The notes beneath the pieces are model-generated. The model made no database searches. It had not been told where the DNA came from and saw only the letters and a program-made list of their open reading frames with translations. From sequence record SRR2962707_2492: DNA of 41,608 bases; one strand, given 5' to 3'. The translations under genes and the position numbers were made by a program. Shown here piece by piece: positions 27,870 through 38,011 of the stretch. Numbering within the stretch: the stretch's first letter is position 1; each line of letters opens with the position of its first letter.

Positions 27870-28637
27870 ATGCCGGATGGCACGACCGAGCTGCCCGTAT
27901 CCGCCCTGCGCCGCGACCTTGCTGCGGCCTATCGCCTGATCGCGCTCGAAGGGATGGACGACAGTATCTACACCCACATCTCGGCACGTCTGCCCGATGG
28001 CCCAAAAGGTGAAAAACGTTTCCTGCTGAACCCTTACGGACTTAGGTTCGATGAGGTGACGGCAAGCAACCTTGTCACCATTGACGAAACCGGTGCCGTG
28101 GTCGATGACCCCTATGGCGCAGGTGTAAACGATGCCGGATTTACCATCCACTCAGCGGTTCACATGGCCCGCCATGATGCCACCTGTGTTCTACACACGC
28201 ATACCGTGGCCGGCGTTGCGACATCTTCTGTTAAGGAAGGTCTCCTGCCGCTCAACCAATGGTCGGCGCAATTCTACAACCGCATCGCCTATCATGATTA
28301 CGAAGGTATCGCGCTGAACCTGGCTGAACGCGAACGCATTGTGGACGACCTTGGCGCCAAGAATGTCATGTTTTTACGCAACCACGGTGTTCTTGTCCTT
28401 GGCCGGTCGGTCGGAGAAGCAGTTGCGACTGTGATGAACCTTGAACGGTCCTGTAAGGCGCAGATTGCGGCGCTTGGCATGGGGCTGACGCCGGTTGTGC
28501 TGTCCGACGATGTTGCCGAACACACCGCCCGCCAGTACGAACAGGCCTATGACGGCATTCACCAAAACGGGCGTGACCCGGAATGGGCCGCCATGTTGCG
28601 CCGTCTAGACCGCGCAGCGCCGGACTATGCAGACTGA
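27870..28637 (+). CDS. Class II aldolase/adducin family protein
   Basis: LAAAYRL, HISAR, GFTIHSAVH, LHTHT and LRNHG metal-binding motifs. Confidence 0.92.
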   Translation: MPDGTTELPVSALRRDLAAAYRLIALEGMDDSIYTHISARLPDGPKGEKRFLLNPYGLRFDEVTASNLVTIDETGAVVDDPYGAGVNDAGFTIHSAVHMARHDATCVLHTHTVAGVATSSVKEGLLPLNQWSAQFYNRIAYHDYEGIALNLAERERIVDDLGAKNVMFLRNHGVLVLGRSVGEAVATVMNLERSCKAQIAALGMGLTPVVLSDDVAEHTARQYEQAYDGIHQNGRDPEWAAMLRRLDRAAPDYAD

Positions 28638-28691
28638 CCCCGGAACAACTGGGGCACATTTGACACCAACAAACCACGACAGGGAAACAAA

Positions 28692-30239
28692 ATGAAGTTT
28701 TTGAAAACCACCACCTTTCTGATTGCCGCCGGCCTGGCCCAGCCCGTTCTGGCGCAGGACGCCGGAGGACGGATCGACATCGTCGTGCAGCCCGAACCGC
28801 CCAGCCTGATGCTAGGTCTTGTACAGAACGGCCCAACACAGCAGGTGGCAGGTGACATCTATGAAAGCCTTCTGCGTTATGACACTGACCTCGAACCCCA
28901 GCCCAGCCTTGCCAAATCTTGGGATATCTCAGAGGACGGTCTGACCTATACCTTCCAACTGCAGGACGGTGTGAAATGGCATGACGGCGAACCCTTCACC
29001 TCGGCAGACGTAGTGTTTTCGGCCGACGTTTTCCTGCGTGAAACCCATGCCCGGATGCGGTCGTCGCTGGCCCATGTGGATAGCATCGAAGCCCCTGACG
29101 ATCTGACAGTTGTGTTCAAACTCAAGGAACCCTTTGGCCCGTTTATCGGCGTGTTCGAAACCGGCACCATGCCGATGATCCCCAAGCACATCTATGAAGG
29201 CACCGATTTCGCCAACAACGAAATGAACGCCACGCCTATCGGCACCGGCCCGTTCAAATTTGAAGCGTGGGAGAAGGGCAGCTTTATCCACCTCGTGAAA
29301 AACGAAGATTACTATCTGGAAGGCAAACCTTACATCGACGAAGTGTACTACCGCGTCATCCCAGATGCTGCCTCCCGCGCCGTGGCCTTTGAAACCGGCG
29401 AAGTCGACGTTCTGCCCGGCGGATCGGTCGAAAACTGGGATGTGCAGCGCCTGACCGAGATGGACAACACCTGCTCGACCGGCAAGGGCTGGGAATTCTT
29501 TGCTCCGCACGCCTTCATGTGGCTCAACAACCGCGAGGGGCCGACCTCGGACCCGCTGTTCCGTCAGGCTCTGATGTACGCAATGGACCGCGAATTTGTG
29601 AAAGACGTCGTCTGGAACGGCTTTGGCAAGGTTGCAACCGGCCCGGTATCGTCCAAGACAAACTTCTATTCCGATGACGTGACTCAGTATGACTACAACC
29701 CCGAAAAGGCCAAGGAACTGCTGGCTGAAATGGGCTATGACGGTGCGCCCGTCCGCATCCTGCCCCTGCCCTACGGCGAGACATGGCAACGCTGGGCAGA
29801 GGCGGTCCGCCAGAACCTGCAAGAGGTCGGCATCGAGGTTTCGATCGATTCCACCGACGTAGCCGGGTGGAACGAAAAGACCGCCCAATGGGATTATGAC
29901 ATGGCCTTTACCTACCTCTATCAGTACGGCGATCCTGCCTTGGGGGTCTCGCGCAACTACGTTGAATCGCAGATCGAAAAGGGCAGCCCCTGGAATAACG
30001 TCGAAGGCTACGCAAACCCCGAGCTGGACAAGAAATGGGACGCGGCAGCAGTATCGCCAAGCCAGGAAGAGCGCACAAAGCTATACGCCGAAATCCAGAA
30101 GGAAATCGTCGACGATGTGCCGGTCGCTTGGCTTCTCGAAATCGAGTTTCCGACAATCTACAACTGCGATGTGCAGGACCTCGTGACCACTGGCATCGGT
30201 ATTTCCGACGGTCTGCGCGACGCCTGGATCAAGCAGTAA
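28692..30239 (+). CDS. ABC transporter substrate-binding protein, family 5 (DppA/OppA-like)
   Basis: Signal peptide, IYESLL, LAKSWDISEDGLTYTF.L..GVKWHDG.PFTSADV and PIGTGPFKF. Confidence 0.96.
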   Translation: MKFLKTTTFLIAAGLAQPVLAQDAGGRIDIVVQPEPPSLMLGLVQNGPTQQVAGDIYESLLRYDTDLEPQPSLAKSWDISEDGLTYTFQLQDGVKWHDGEPFTSADVVFSADVFLRETHARMRSSLAHVDSIEAPDDLTVVFKLKEPFGPFIGVFETGTMPMIPKHIYEGTDFANNEMNATPIGTGPFKFEAWEKGSFIHLVKNEDYYLEGKPYIDEVYYRVIPDAASRAVAFETGEVDVLPGGSVENWDVQRLTEMDNTCSTGKGWEFFAPHAFMWLNNREGPTSDPLFRQALMYAMDREFVKDVVWNGFGKVATGPVSSKTNFYSDDVTQYDYNPEKAKELLAEMGYDGAPVRILPLPYGETWQRWAEAVRQNLQEVGIEVSIDSTDVAGWNEKTAQWDYDMAFTYLYQYGDPALGVSRNYVESQIEKGSPWNNVEGYANPELDKKWDAAAVSPSQEERTKLYAEIQKEIVDDVPVAWLLEIEFPTIYNCDVQDLVTTGIGISDGLRDAWIKQ

Positions 30240-30247
30240 GACCTGCA

Positions 30248-30276
30248 GCAGGGCGCCGGAAAGGCCGGTGCCCTGC
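30248..30276 (+). other. Stem-loop after the binding-protein gene
   Basis: GCAGGGCGCCGG-aaagg-CCGGTGCCCTGC, a typical ABC-operon intercistronic hairpin. Confidence 0.65.
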
Positions 30277-30341
30277 GGTTCATGTGCGACACGAAGTGTC
30301 GCCGCTAAATACCTGACGTCATTGACGGATTCACCCAAAAG

Positions 30342-31319
30342 ATGTCCTTTGTCACCACCATCCTGGGTCGGCTATTTAAGGCAGTGATCACGCTGCTGGC
30401 CATTGCCGTACTGAACTTCTTTCTGATCCATGCTGCTCCCGGCGATCCCGCCGCCGTTCTGGCCGGTGAGGCCGGTGCCGCCGATCCCATGTTCATCGCG
30501 CAGCTGCGTGAACGCTTTGGTCTGGATCAGCCGCTCTACATTCAACTTTGGGTCTATGTGAAAAACGTGCTCACGCTCGACCTTGGCTATTCGTTTCGTC
30601 AGGGAATGCCGGTCTACGACCTGATCGCCGACCGCCTGCCCGCGACGCTCCTGCTCACCCTGTCATCCTTTGTCATTTCGCTGTCGCTTGGCATTGCCTT
30701 CGGTGTTGCTGCCGCCGCGCGGGTGGGCAAGATGTCTGACAGTGTCCTCACCACGATTGCGCTGCTGTTTTATGCCACACCGCTGTACTGGGCTGCTTTG
30801 ATGGCGGTTCTGGTGTTCTCGGTTCAGCTAGGATGGTTGCCAGGCTTTGGCTATGAAACTGTCGGCAGCGGGTATTCCGGGCTGCAACGGGCCTGGGACA
30901 TCATCCAGCATCTGATCCTGCCGGCACTCACGCTGGGTCTGTTCTTCATGGCCGTCTATATGCGCATGACCCGGGCTTCGATGCTCGAAGTCAGCCAGAT
31001 GGATTTTGTGAAAACTGCCCGAGCCAAGGGCCTTTCCGCCCACATCATCCGCCGCCGCCACATACTGCGCAATGCGCTGCTACCAGTGGTCACGCTGGCC
31101 GGACTCCAGGCAGGGCAGCTTATCGGCGGCGCGGTTCTGACTGAAACGGTCTTTGCCTGGCCCGGCATCGGACGGCTAATGTTCGAAAGCCTTGAGGCGC
31201 GCGACTACAACACCATCCTTGGCGTTTTCCTTGTTTCTGCCGCCATGGTGATCGTGTTCAACATCCTTACCGACATCGTCTACCGCATCGTCGACCCGCG
31301 GATCGGAGCCAAGTCATGA
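30342..31319 (+). CDS. ABC transporter permease (DppB-like)
   Basis: APGDPA, FGLDQPL, DLGYSF and the EAA loop DFVKTARAKGL. Confidence 0.96.
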   Translation: MSFVTTILGRLFKAVITLLAIAVLNFFLIHAAPGDPAAVLAGEAGAADPMFIAQLRERFGLDQPLYIQLWVYVKNVLTLDLGYSFRQGMPVYDLIADRLPATLLLTLSSFVISLSLGIAFGVAAAARVGKMSDSVLTTIALLFYATPLYWAALMAVLVFSVQLGWLPGFGYETVGSGYSGLQRAWDIIQHLILPALTLGLFFMAVYMRMTRASMLEVSQMDFVKTARAKGLSAHIIRRRHILRNALLPVVTLAGLQAGQLIGGAVLTETVFAWPGIGRLMFESLEARDYNTILGVFLVSAAMVIVFNILTDIVYRIVDPRIGAKS

Positions 31320-32155
31320 CACTCTGGAAACGCTTTGCCACAAATCGGGGCGCGGTGATCGGCCTGATTATCCTGATGGCGGTGATCATGATCGCCCTTC
31401 TAGCCCCAGTAATTTACCCCGATGGTCCCTGGAAGATGGTGCAGCGCCCCTTTCTTGTCCCTTTTACCAATGGCGATCTGCCGCTGGGTACGGATACTCT
31501 TGGTCGCAACGTCGCCGCAGGCCTTGTTCACGGCGCACGGGTGTCGCTGCTTGTCGGGCTCGTGTCTACAGTCATGGCACTGCTGATTGGCGTGCCTTTG
31601 GGCGCGCTGGCGGGTTTCTATGGTGGCTACGTGGATGAAGGCGCCATGCGGTTTACCGAATTCTTCCAGACCATCCCGAACTTTGCCCTCGCCATCGTGC
31701 TGGTGGCGATTTTACAACCAACGCTCGGTTCGATCACGCTTGCCATCGCCATTGTCAGTTGGCCCCCCGTCGCACGTCTGGTCCGTGCCGAGGTGATGTC
31801 GCTCAAACACCGGGAATTCGTCGATGCGGCGCATCTGGCCGGGCTGTCCAACCTGCGTATCCTGATCAGCGAAGTGCTGCCCAACGCCATCTCACCAATC
31901 ATCGTCATGGCCTCACTCATGGTGGCAACGGCGATCCTGCTGGAATCGTCGCTGTCCTTTCTTGGCCTTGGGGATCCCAACATCATGTCTTGGGGTTATA
32001 TGATTGGCGCGGCGCGCACTGTGATCCGATCAGCTTGGTGGCTTTCGTTCTTTCCGGGACTCGCGATTCTGCTGACGGTGTTGGCGCTGAACCTGATCGG
32101 CGAGGGGCTGAACGACGCCTTTAACCCGCATCTGACCAAAAAGGGCCGCACATGA
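31316..32155 (+). CDS. ABC transporter permease (DppC-like)
   Basis: LGTDTLGR, GARVSL, EFVDAA and ESSLSFLGLG. Confidence 0.96.
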   Translation: MTLWKRFATNRGAVIGLIILMAVIMIALLAPVIYPDGPWKMVQRPFLVPFTNGDLPLGTDTLGRNVAAGLVHGARVSLLVGLVSTVMALLIGVPLGALAGFYGGYVDEGAMRFTEFFQTIPNFALAIVLVAILQPTLGSITLAIAIVSWPPVARLVRAEVMSLKHREFVDAAHLAGLSNLRILISEVLPNAISPIIVMASLMVATAILLESSLSFLGLGDPNIMSWGYMIGAARTVIRSAWWLSFFPGLAILLTVLALNLIGEGLNDAFNPHLTKKGRT

Positions 32156-33777
32156 GCGATCCTATCCTTTCCATTGATGGTCTCCGCATCGACCTGCCCG
32201 CAGGGGCCGACCGGCCACATGCTGTCGAAGACGTCAGCTTTAACCTCAACAAAGGCGAAATCCTGTGTGTTGTTGGCGAAAGCGGTTCTGGCAAATCCAT
32301 GACCGCCAACGCGCTGATGGGTCTGCTGCCGGATGGCGTGACGGTGGGCAGCGGCCGCGCAATGTTCGACGGCACCGATGTGCTCACCCTGAGCGAGTTG
32401 CAGAAACAGGCCCTGCGCGGCGCGCGCATCGGCATGATTTTTCAAGAACCGATGACCGCGCTCAACCCGTTGATGCGCATCGGTGACCAGATTTCCGAGG
32501 TTTTTGCCGCCCACAACCTTTATGGCGCATCCGAACGGCGCGCCCGCGCCCTGGCTCTGGTCAAAGAGGTCGGTCTGCCGGACCCGGAAAAGATCATCCG
32601 GGCTTATCCCTTTCAACTGTCGGGCGGACAGCGGCAGCGCGCAATGATCGCTATGGCGCTGGCGCTGGAACCAGAGATCCTGATCGCGGACGAACCGACC
32701 ACGGCGCTAGACGTGACCACCCAGGCACAGATCCTGCGGCTGATCCTCGCCCTGCGGGAAAAGCACGGCATGGCGGTGATGTTCATCACCCACGACTTTG
32801 GCGTGGTGGCAGAGATTGCCGACAGGGTGATCGTTATGCGCCATGGCAAAATCGTCGAAACAGGTGCCGCACAACAGGTGCTCGGGTCGCCCCGGCATGA
32901 CTATACCCGCGCCCTGTTGGACGCGATCCCGACCGGGGTCGTACCGGACCGGGCCGAGGTGACCGCCCCCCCCGCGCTGGAAATCCGCCACCTCAACAAG
33001 ATTTATCGCACAGGCGGCGGGCCCTTTCGGCCCGCGCGCGAGGTCCGGGCGGTCGATGATGTATCCCTGACCATTGCAAAAGGTGAAATTGTCGGGCTGG
33101 TGGGTGAATCCGGGTCCGGTAAATCCACTCTGGGCCGCGCTGTCGTACGTCTGGTGACACCGGATTCGGGCAATGTTCTTGTCGGTGGCGTCGATCTTGC
33201 CGCGCTGGACACGCACGAACTGCGCAAGCAACGACATCGGGTTCAGATGGTATTTCAAGATCCTTATGCCTCGCTCAACCCGCGCCACCGCATCCTGCGT
33301 TCCCTTTCGGACGGACCTGTGGCCAAGGGCGTGCCAAAGCAGCAGGCCCATTCCCGCGCCCGCGAACTGCTGGATATCGTCGGGTTGGGCGCGGATGCGG
33401 CCACGCGGTTTCCGCACGAATTTTCCGGCGGTCAACGCCAGCGTATCGGCATTGCCCGCGCCCTTGCCATGGACCCAGAACTGATCATCGCGGACGAGGC
33501 TGTTTCCGCGCTTGACGTATCAATACAAGCGCAGGTTCTGGAACTGCTGGCGGATTTGCGCAGCAAGATGGGCCTGTCGATCCTGTTCATCACACACGAT
33601 CTGCGCGTCGCGGCGCAGGTCTGCGACCGTATCGCGGTGATGCAGCGCGGACGACTGATTGAGGTCGGGTCCGTGCGCGGCGTCTTTCACGCCCCAAAAG
33701 AAAACTATACCCGAGAGCTGTTGGCAGCCGTGCCCGGCGCCGGGTGGACAACCGACAAAGAGGACGTCATCGCGTGA
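32152..33777 (+). CDS. ABC transporter ATP-binding protein, fused double domain (DppD/F-like)
   Basis: Two GESGSGKS Walker A motifs, with LSGGQRQR and FSGGQRQR signatures. Confidence 0.97.
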   Translation: MSDPILSIDGLRIDLPAGADRPHAVEDVSFNLNKGEILCVVGESGSGKSMTANALMGLLPDGVTVGSGRAMFDGTDVLTLSELQKQALRGARIGMIFQEPMTALNPLMRIGDQISEVFAAHNLYGASERRARALALVKEVGLPDPEKIIRAYPFQLSGGQRQRAMIAMALALEPEILIADEPTTALDVTTQAQILRLILALREKHGMAVMFITHDFGVVAEIADRVIVMRHGKIVETGAAQQVLGSPRHDYTRALLDAIPTGVVPDRAEVTAPPALEIRHLNKIYRTGGGPFRPAREVRAVDDVSLTIAKGEIVGLVGESGSGKSTLGRAVVRLVTPDSGNVLVGGVDLAALDTHELRKQRHRVQMVFQDPYASLNPRHRILRSLSDGPVAKGVPKQQAHSRARELLDIVGLGADAATRFPHEFSGGQRQRIGIARALAMDPELIIADEAVSALDVSIQAQVLELLADLRSKMGLSILFITHDLRVAAQVCDRIAVMQRGRLIEVGSVRGVFHAPKENYTRELLAAVPGAGWTTDKEDVIA

Positions 33778-34682
33778 CCAAGCAGAAATTGACCGGTGTT
33801 GTGGCCTGCCAGGTGCTCAACCTGCGCGATAAATATGGGTCCACGTTTGCCCAACTGGCACCGCAGATCACTCTTTTAACGCCGGATGAGGTGGAAAACC
33901 CCGAAACGGTTGATTTCGTACTGAGCTGGTCGCCGCCCGAAGACGCCTTTGTACCCTACCCAAACCTGCGCGGGATTTTTTCCATCGCCGCTGGCATGGA
34001 TGCGATCCTGGCCTGCCCTTCGCGGCCCGCAGATGTGCCGGTGTTTCGGGTCGAAGACCCGGATCAAGCGTTGCAGATGGCCGGTTTTGCCGCGTTTCAC
34101 ATTGTTTGGCATCACCGCAACATGCGTCTGCATCTGGAAGATCAGGCGCGCGAAGTTTGGCGTCGACCTACGTCAGGCCGCTCTCCTGCGAAAGTCCGTG
34201 TTGGAGTTATGGGCTTTGGATTTATGGGCCGTGCGGTGGCGCGCGGCGCCGCAGCGCTGGGATATTCCGTGGCCACCCTGTCGCGCAGCATGCCAGAAAA
34301 GCCAGAGGCCGGGATCACGCATTTCGTTGATGCAGATCGAAAGGATTTTCTTGCGCGATCCGATATCCTTGTGAACGTGCTGCCGATGACCCCCGCGACC
34401 AAGGGCCTGTTCGATGCGGATCTGTTTGCAGGGCTGCCCCAAGGCGCCGGTTTCATTCATCTGGGACGCGGCGCGCAACTGAACGAAGCGGCCCTTCTTG
34501 AAGCGTTGGAGACTAGGCAGCTTTCGGGCGCGTCCCTGGACGTGTTTGCACCAGAACCCCTAGTGCCGGGCCATCCGTTCTGGAGCCACCCTAAAATATT
34601 CGTAACCCCGCACACAGCAAGCGAGGCCGAAGCCCCCGCCGTAGTGGAGAATATCGTCGATCATCTGTCCGCCAAGGATTGA
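33774..34682 (+). CDS. D-2-hydroxyacid dehydrogenase (GhrA-like)
   Basis: GTGA overlap with the ATPase stop. Motifs VGVMGFGFMG, LVNVLP.TP.T, GRG, LDVF..EPL and TPHTAS. Confidence 0.9.
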   Translation: MTKQKLTGVVACQVLNLRDKYGSTFAQLAPQITLLTPDEVENPETVDFVLSWSPPEDAFVPYPNLRGIFSIAAGMDAILACPSRPADVPVFRVEDPDQALQMAGFAAFHIVWHHRNMRLHLEDQAREVWRRPTSGRSPAKVRVGVMGFGFMGRAVARGAAALGYSVATLSRSMPEKPEAGITHFVDADRKDFLARSDILVNVLPMTPATKGLFDADLFAGLPQGAGFIHLGRGAQLNEAALLEALETRQLSGASLDVFAPEPLVPGHPFWSHPKIFVTPHTASEAEAPAVVENIVDHLSAKD

Positions 34683-34718
34683 ACTTTCGCTGCGACATTA
34701 ACGACCGATACTCCTTGA

Positions 34719-35750
34719 TTACTCGGCCGTGCGGGATCGCCGGTTGTGGCGCAGCGACGACATGAGCGACAATCCTATGAATCCCGCGCCCAGAAGTCCG
34801 GTAATGACCTCTGGCACATGGATCAGGGTCTGCGCGAACATGATCAACGATAGTATCAAAATTGACCAGAACGCACCGTGTTCAAGGTAACGGAACTCGG
34901 CCAGGGTTTTACGCTCGACCAGCATGATCGTCATGGCGCGCACATACATCGCGCCGATCCCTAGCCCGATGGCGATCAAAAACAGGTTCTGCGTCAGGGC
35001 AAAGGCACCGATGACACCATCAAAGCTGAAAGAGGCATCCAGCACCTCAAGGTACAGAAATGCCCCCAGACCACCACGCGCCAATTGATCCGCTGTATGC
35101 ACATGATCCAGAAGGTGCCCAAGGATTTCCACCGCCAGAAAGGTCACAATGCCAAAGATGGCTGCGAACAGAAAGGTGCCGGATTCTTCCGCTGGCATCA
35201 CCATCGAGAATATCAACACAAGCAGCAGGACAATGGCAATCTCGGCTCCACGCACGGCGCCACATTTGCGCATCCCCTTTTCCACGCCCTTGATCCAATC
35301 GATTTCTTTCGCATCATCGATGAACCAGCTCAGCGAAACCATCATCAGAAATGCACCGCCAAAGGCTGCGATGGACAGGTGCGCGCCATTGATAATCTCG
35401 GCGTAGCGTGCGGGTTGCGTGGCGGCCAGGCGGATCGCCTCGATCGGATTGATCCCTGCGGCCACAACGACCACAAGCAACGGAAACAGGATGCGCATTC
35501 CGAACACGGCGATAAGGATGCCCCATGTCAGGAACCGTTGGCGCCAGACCGGCGTCATCTTATCCAGCTTGTTGGCGTTGACGATGGCGTTGTCAAAGGA
35601 CAGCGATATTTCCAGCACCGCTAGGATCGCCCCGATCATCAGGTATCCCAACGCCCCTGAAAGAGTGCCGGAATAGACCCATCCCAGCCAGAAGGCGAGC
35701 ACCAGTCCCAGCAGGGTGACACCGTATGCCCATCCAAAGTATCTTAACAT
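34719..35750 (-). CDS. DUF475 / TerC-family integral membrane protein
   Basis: LEISLSFDNAIVNA, LEVLDASFSFDGVIGAFA and YLEHGA. Confidence 0.92.
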   Translation of the reverse strand: MLRYFGWAYGVTLLGLVLAFWLGWVYSGTLSGALGYLMIGAILAVLEISLSFDNAIVNANKLDKMTPVWRQRFLTWGILIAVFGMRILFPLLVVVVAAGINPIEAIRLAATQPARYAEIINGAHLSIAAFGGAFLMMVSLSWFIDDAKEIDWIKGVEKGMRKCGAVRGAEIAIVLLLVLIFSMVMPAEESGTFLFAAIFGIVTFLAVEILGHLLDHVHTADQLARGGLGAFLYLEVLDASFSFDGVIGAFALTQNLFLIAIGLGIGAMYVRAMTIMLVERKTLAEFRYLEHGAFWSILILSLIMFAQTLIHVPEVITGLLGAGFIGLSLMSSLRHNRRSRTAE

Positions 35751-35751
35751 G

Positions 35752-36729
35752 TCAAACCCTTATCGTCGGCAAATAACCAGTTAGGTCGACTGGTGACACC
35801 AAAGGCCGACCAGCAAGGAACGCTGCGATGTTGTCGACCATGAGCTGCGCCATGGCATCCCTCGTCTCAACCGTGCCAGAGGCATGGTGCGGGTAAAGCG
35901 TGACATTGGGCAAAGAGGTCAGCCGCGGGTCAGCGTCAGGCTCGTTTGCAAAGACATCAAGAGCCGCCGACCCCAGCCGCCCATCCGACAGGCAAGTAAT
36001 CAACGCCTCTTCATCGACGACCGATCCGCGGGCGACATTGATCAGCAGGCCGCGCGGGCCAAGTGCCTCCAACACCTTGGTATCTATCAGGTTACGGGTC
36101 CCTTCCCCGCCGGAAACGATAACCACCAGCGCATCACTGTCGCTCGCCAATTGTGTCAGGTCGGCTTGAAAGGTCCAAGGCAGATCCTTGGGTCGGCGAT
36201 TCCAGTAGCTGACATGCTGCCCCATCGCCTTTGCGCGGTGCGCGATGGCCTGTCCGATGGTGCCCATACCGACAATGCCCAGCTTGCCGCCCCTCAGCGA
36301 ACGCTGGAGTGGAAACGGCCCACTGCGCGCCCAGTCGCCTGAACGCACATAAGCCTCGGCAGGGACAAGGCCCCGGCGCGCGGCGAGCAGCAGCATGATT
36401 GCGGTGTCGGCCACGTCGTCGCACAATGCCGGCGAGGTGTTGGTCAGCGCAACGCCGTGTTCGTCCATCGCCACGACGTCAAATCCCTCAAAACCCGCAG
36501 AAGAGCAGGAAACGAGTCCAAGATCCGGCATTTTTTCGATCATCGCACGGGTGACAGGCATATGACCATTGGTTGCAATGGCACGGCATCTCGGGCCGTA
36601 TTCGGCGAAAAAGGCCTCTTTGTCACTGTCCTCGACCAAGTCGAAACGATGGAGCGTGCAGAAATGCTCCAACTGTTTCACCGCGTCAGGTCGCTGCGGA
36701 CACAGCATCAAAACATCGGGTTTGTTCAT
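35752..36729 (-). CDS. D-2-hydroxyacid dehydrogenase
   Basis: TNT...DDVAD, GIVGMGTIG, INVARGSVVDE, LDVFANEP and PHHASGT. AGGAG RBS before MNKPDVLML. Confidence 0.93.
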   Translation of the reverse strand: MNKPDVLMLCPQRPDAVKQLEHFCTLHRFDLVEDSDKEAFFAEYGPRCRAIATNGHMPVTRAMIEKMPDLGLVSCSSAGFEGFDVVAMDEHGVALTNTSPALCDDVADTAIMLLLAARRGLVPAEAYVRSGDWARSGPFPLQRSLRGGKLGIVGMGTIGQAIAHRAKAMGQHVSYWNRRPKDLPWTFQADLTQLASDSDALVVIVSGGEGTRNLIDTKVLEALGPRGLLINVARGSVVDEEALITCLSDGRLGSAALDVFANEPDADPRLTSLPNVTLYPHHASGTVETRDAMAQLMVDNIAAFLAGRPLVSPVDLTGYLPTIRV

Positions 36730-37083
36730 GTCAGAAAATCTCCTGCGCCTGCCAAACCTCAGGCGGGCCTGTATCCGGATATCGAAATCGAATAGTCCCG
36801 CAATCCGCCCACGGGCCGTAACCTCGCGACGGGCATTGCACATCTGGCGTGTCGCTGCCTGTTCTACAATACGTCACGCCTGTGATATGCTGACCCCCCT
36901 GGGATAATAGCACTAGAACAGCACGTTTTGGTACAGACTGTTGCCGATTGGTCCGAATGCGCCGCGAGGCCGAGGCAGACTGTGTGTCCTATGCGCCGCA
37001 GCCCACGCATCCACCCCGCCGAGCGAGAATGTCGCAGCACGGAAGCCTTCCCCTCAGACCGCCGCGGTGGTTAAGCTGCGGCA

Positions 37084-37440
37084 ATGATCAAGAACGTGGC
37101 CCGCATTGTCCTGCTGCTTGGTGTCCTAATGGGCATCGTACTGCCGAAGTCTTCGGCGGTTCTGGCGCAGCTTGGTCTTATCAACGGCCAGGTGTTGGTC
37201 ATCTGCACCGGCGACGGACTTCAGACCTTGGTGCTGGACCGCGACGGGAACCCGGTCGAGATTGAACACCACCCTCACCATTGTCTTCTTGTTCATGCAA
37301 CCGACACGGCAAAGGCGATAGTGCCACTGCCGATTGATCCGGAATTTGTGCCTCTTGGTGGAATGCTGCATGCCGATGCAGTGGCGCCACACCGCGCGCC
37401 CGGCCTGGACGCGCGCCCCCGTGCGCCGCCTTTGGTCTGA
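37084..37440 (+). CDS. DUF2946/CruR-like leader protein with C-terminal RAPP motif
   Basis: N-terminal hydrophobic segment, VICTGDG, HHPHHCLLVH and the ending HRAPGLDARPRAPPLV. Directly upstream of a copper chaperone gene. Confidence 0.8.
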   Translation: MIKNVARIVLLLGVLMGIVLPKSSAVLAQLGLINGQVLVICTGDGLQTLVLDRDGNPVEIEHHPHHCLLVHATDTAKAIVPLPIDPEFVPLGGMLHADAVAPHRAPGLDARPRAPPLV

Positions 37441-37511
37441 GCGTCCCATACACACCATTGCACATATATAACGGGTCGGCCTTGACCGCCCGCTCATCCG
37501 GAGAATATCCT

Positions 37512-37994
37512 ATGAAAACGCTTTTTGCCGCCGCGCTGATCTGCGCGCTTCCCGCTGTCGCGTCTGCCCATGAATTCACCCGGGGCAACATCACCGTGGA
37601 CCACCCATATACCTTTGAAACGCCCCCCATGGCCCATACCGCTGCGGGTTACATGACCATCATCAACAACGGCGACACTACCGACGCCCTACTGGCCATC
37701 GAATCTGATATGCCCAAGACAATGCTGCATGAATCCAAGGAAGTAGACGGCGTAGCCAGCATGACCCATGTCGAAAAGCTGGACATCGCACCCGGCGACA
37801 CGGTCGAACTCGCACCCGGTGGCTATCACATCATGTTCATGGGTCTGAACGGCGAAACCTTTGAACTGGGTTCGCAAATCCCAGTCACGCTGGTTTTCGA
37901 ACACGCGGGTCGGATGGATGTCGAATTCGACGTTCAGTCCCGTGACAGCGGCGCTGCCGGCGCGGATGCACATTCCGATCACGCCACGCACTGA
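37512..37994 (+). CDS. Periplasmic copper chaperone PCu(A)C
   Basis: Signal peptide, AAGYMTI.N.G...D.L, Cu ligands H-x10-M...HIM (LHES...SM...GGYHIMFMGL), and a His-rich tail. Confidence 0.95.
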   Translation: MKTLFAAALICALPAVASAHEFTRGNITVDHPYTFETPPMAHTAAGYMTIINNGDTTDALLAIESDMPKTMLHESKEVDGVASMTHVEKLDIAPGDTVELAPGGYHIMFMGLNGETFELGSQIPVTLVFEHAGRMDVEFDVQSRDSGAAGADAHSDHATH

Positions 37995-38011
37995 CGTCGG
38001 GGGATAAATCA

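Noticed and set aside
27735-28151. N-terminal extension of the 377-aa GntR ORF in the track
   Set aside because: It overlaps the divergent aldolase gene and the operator. The GntR domain begins only near 27690.
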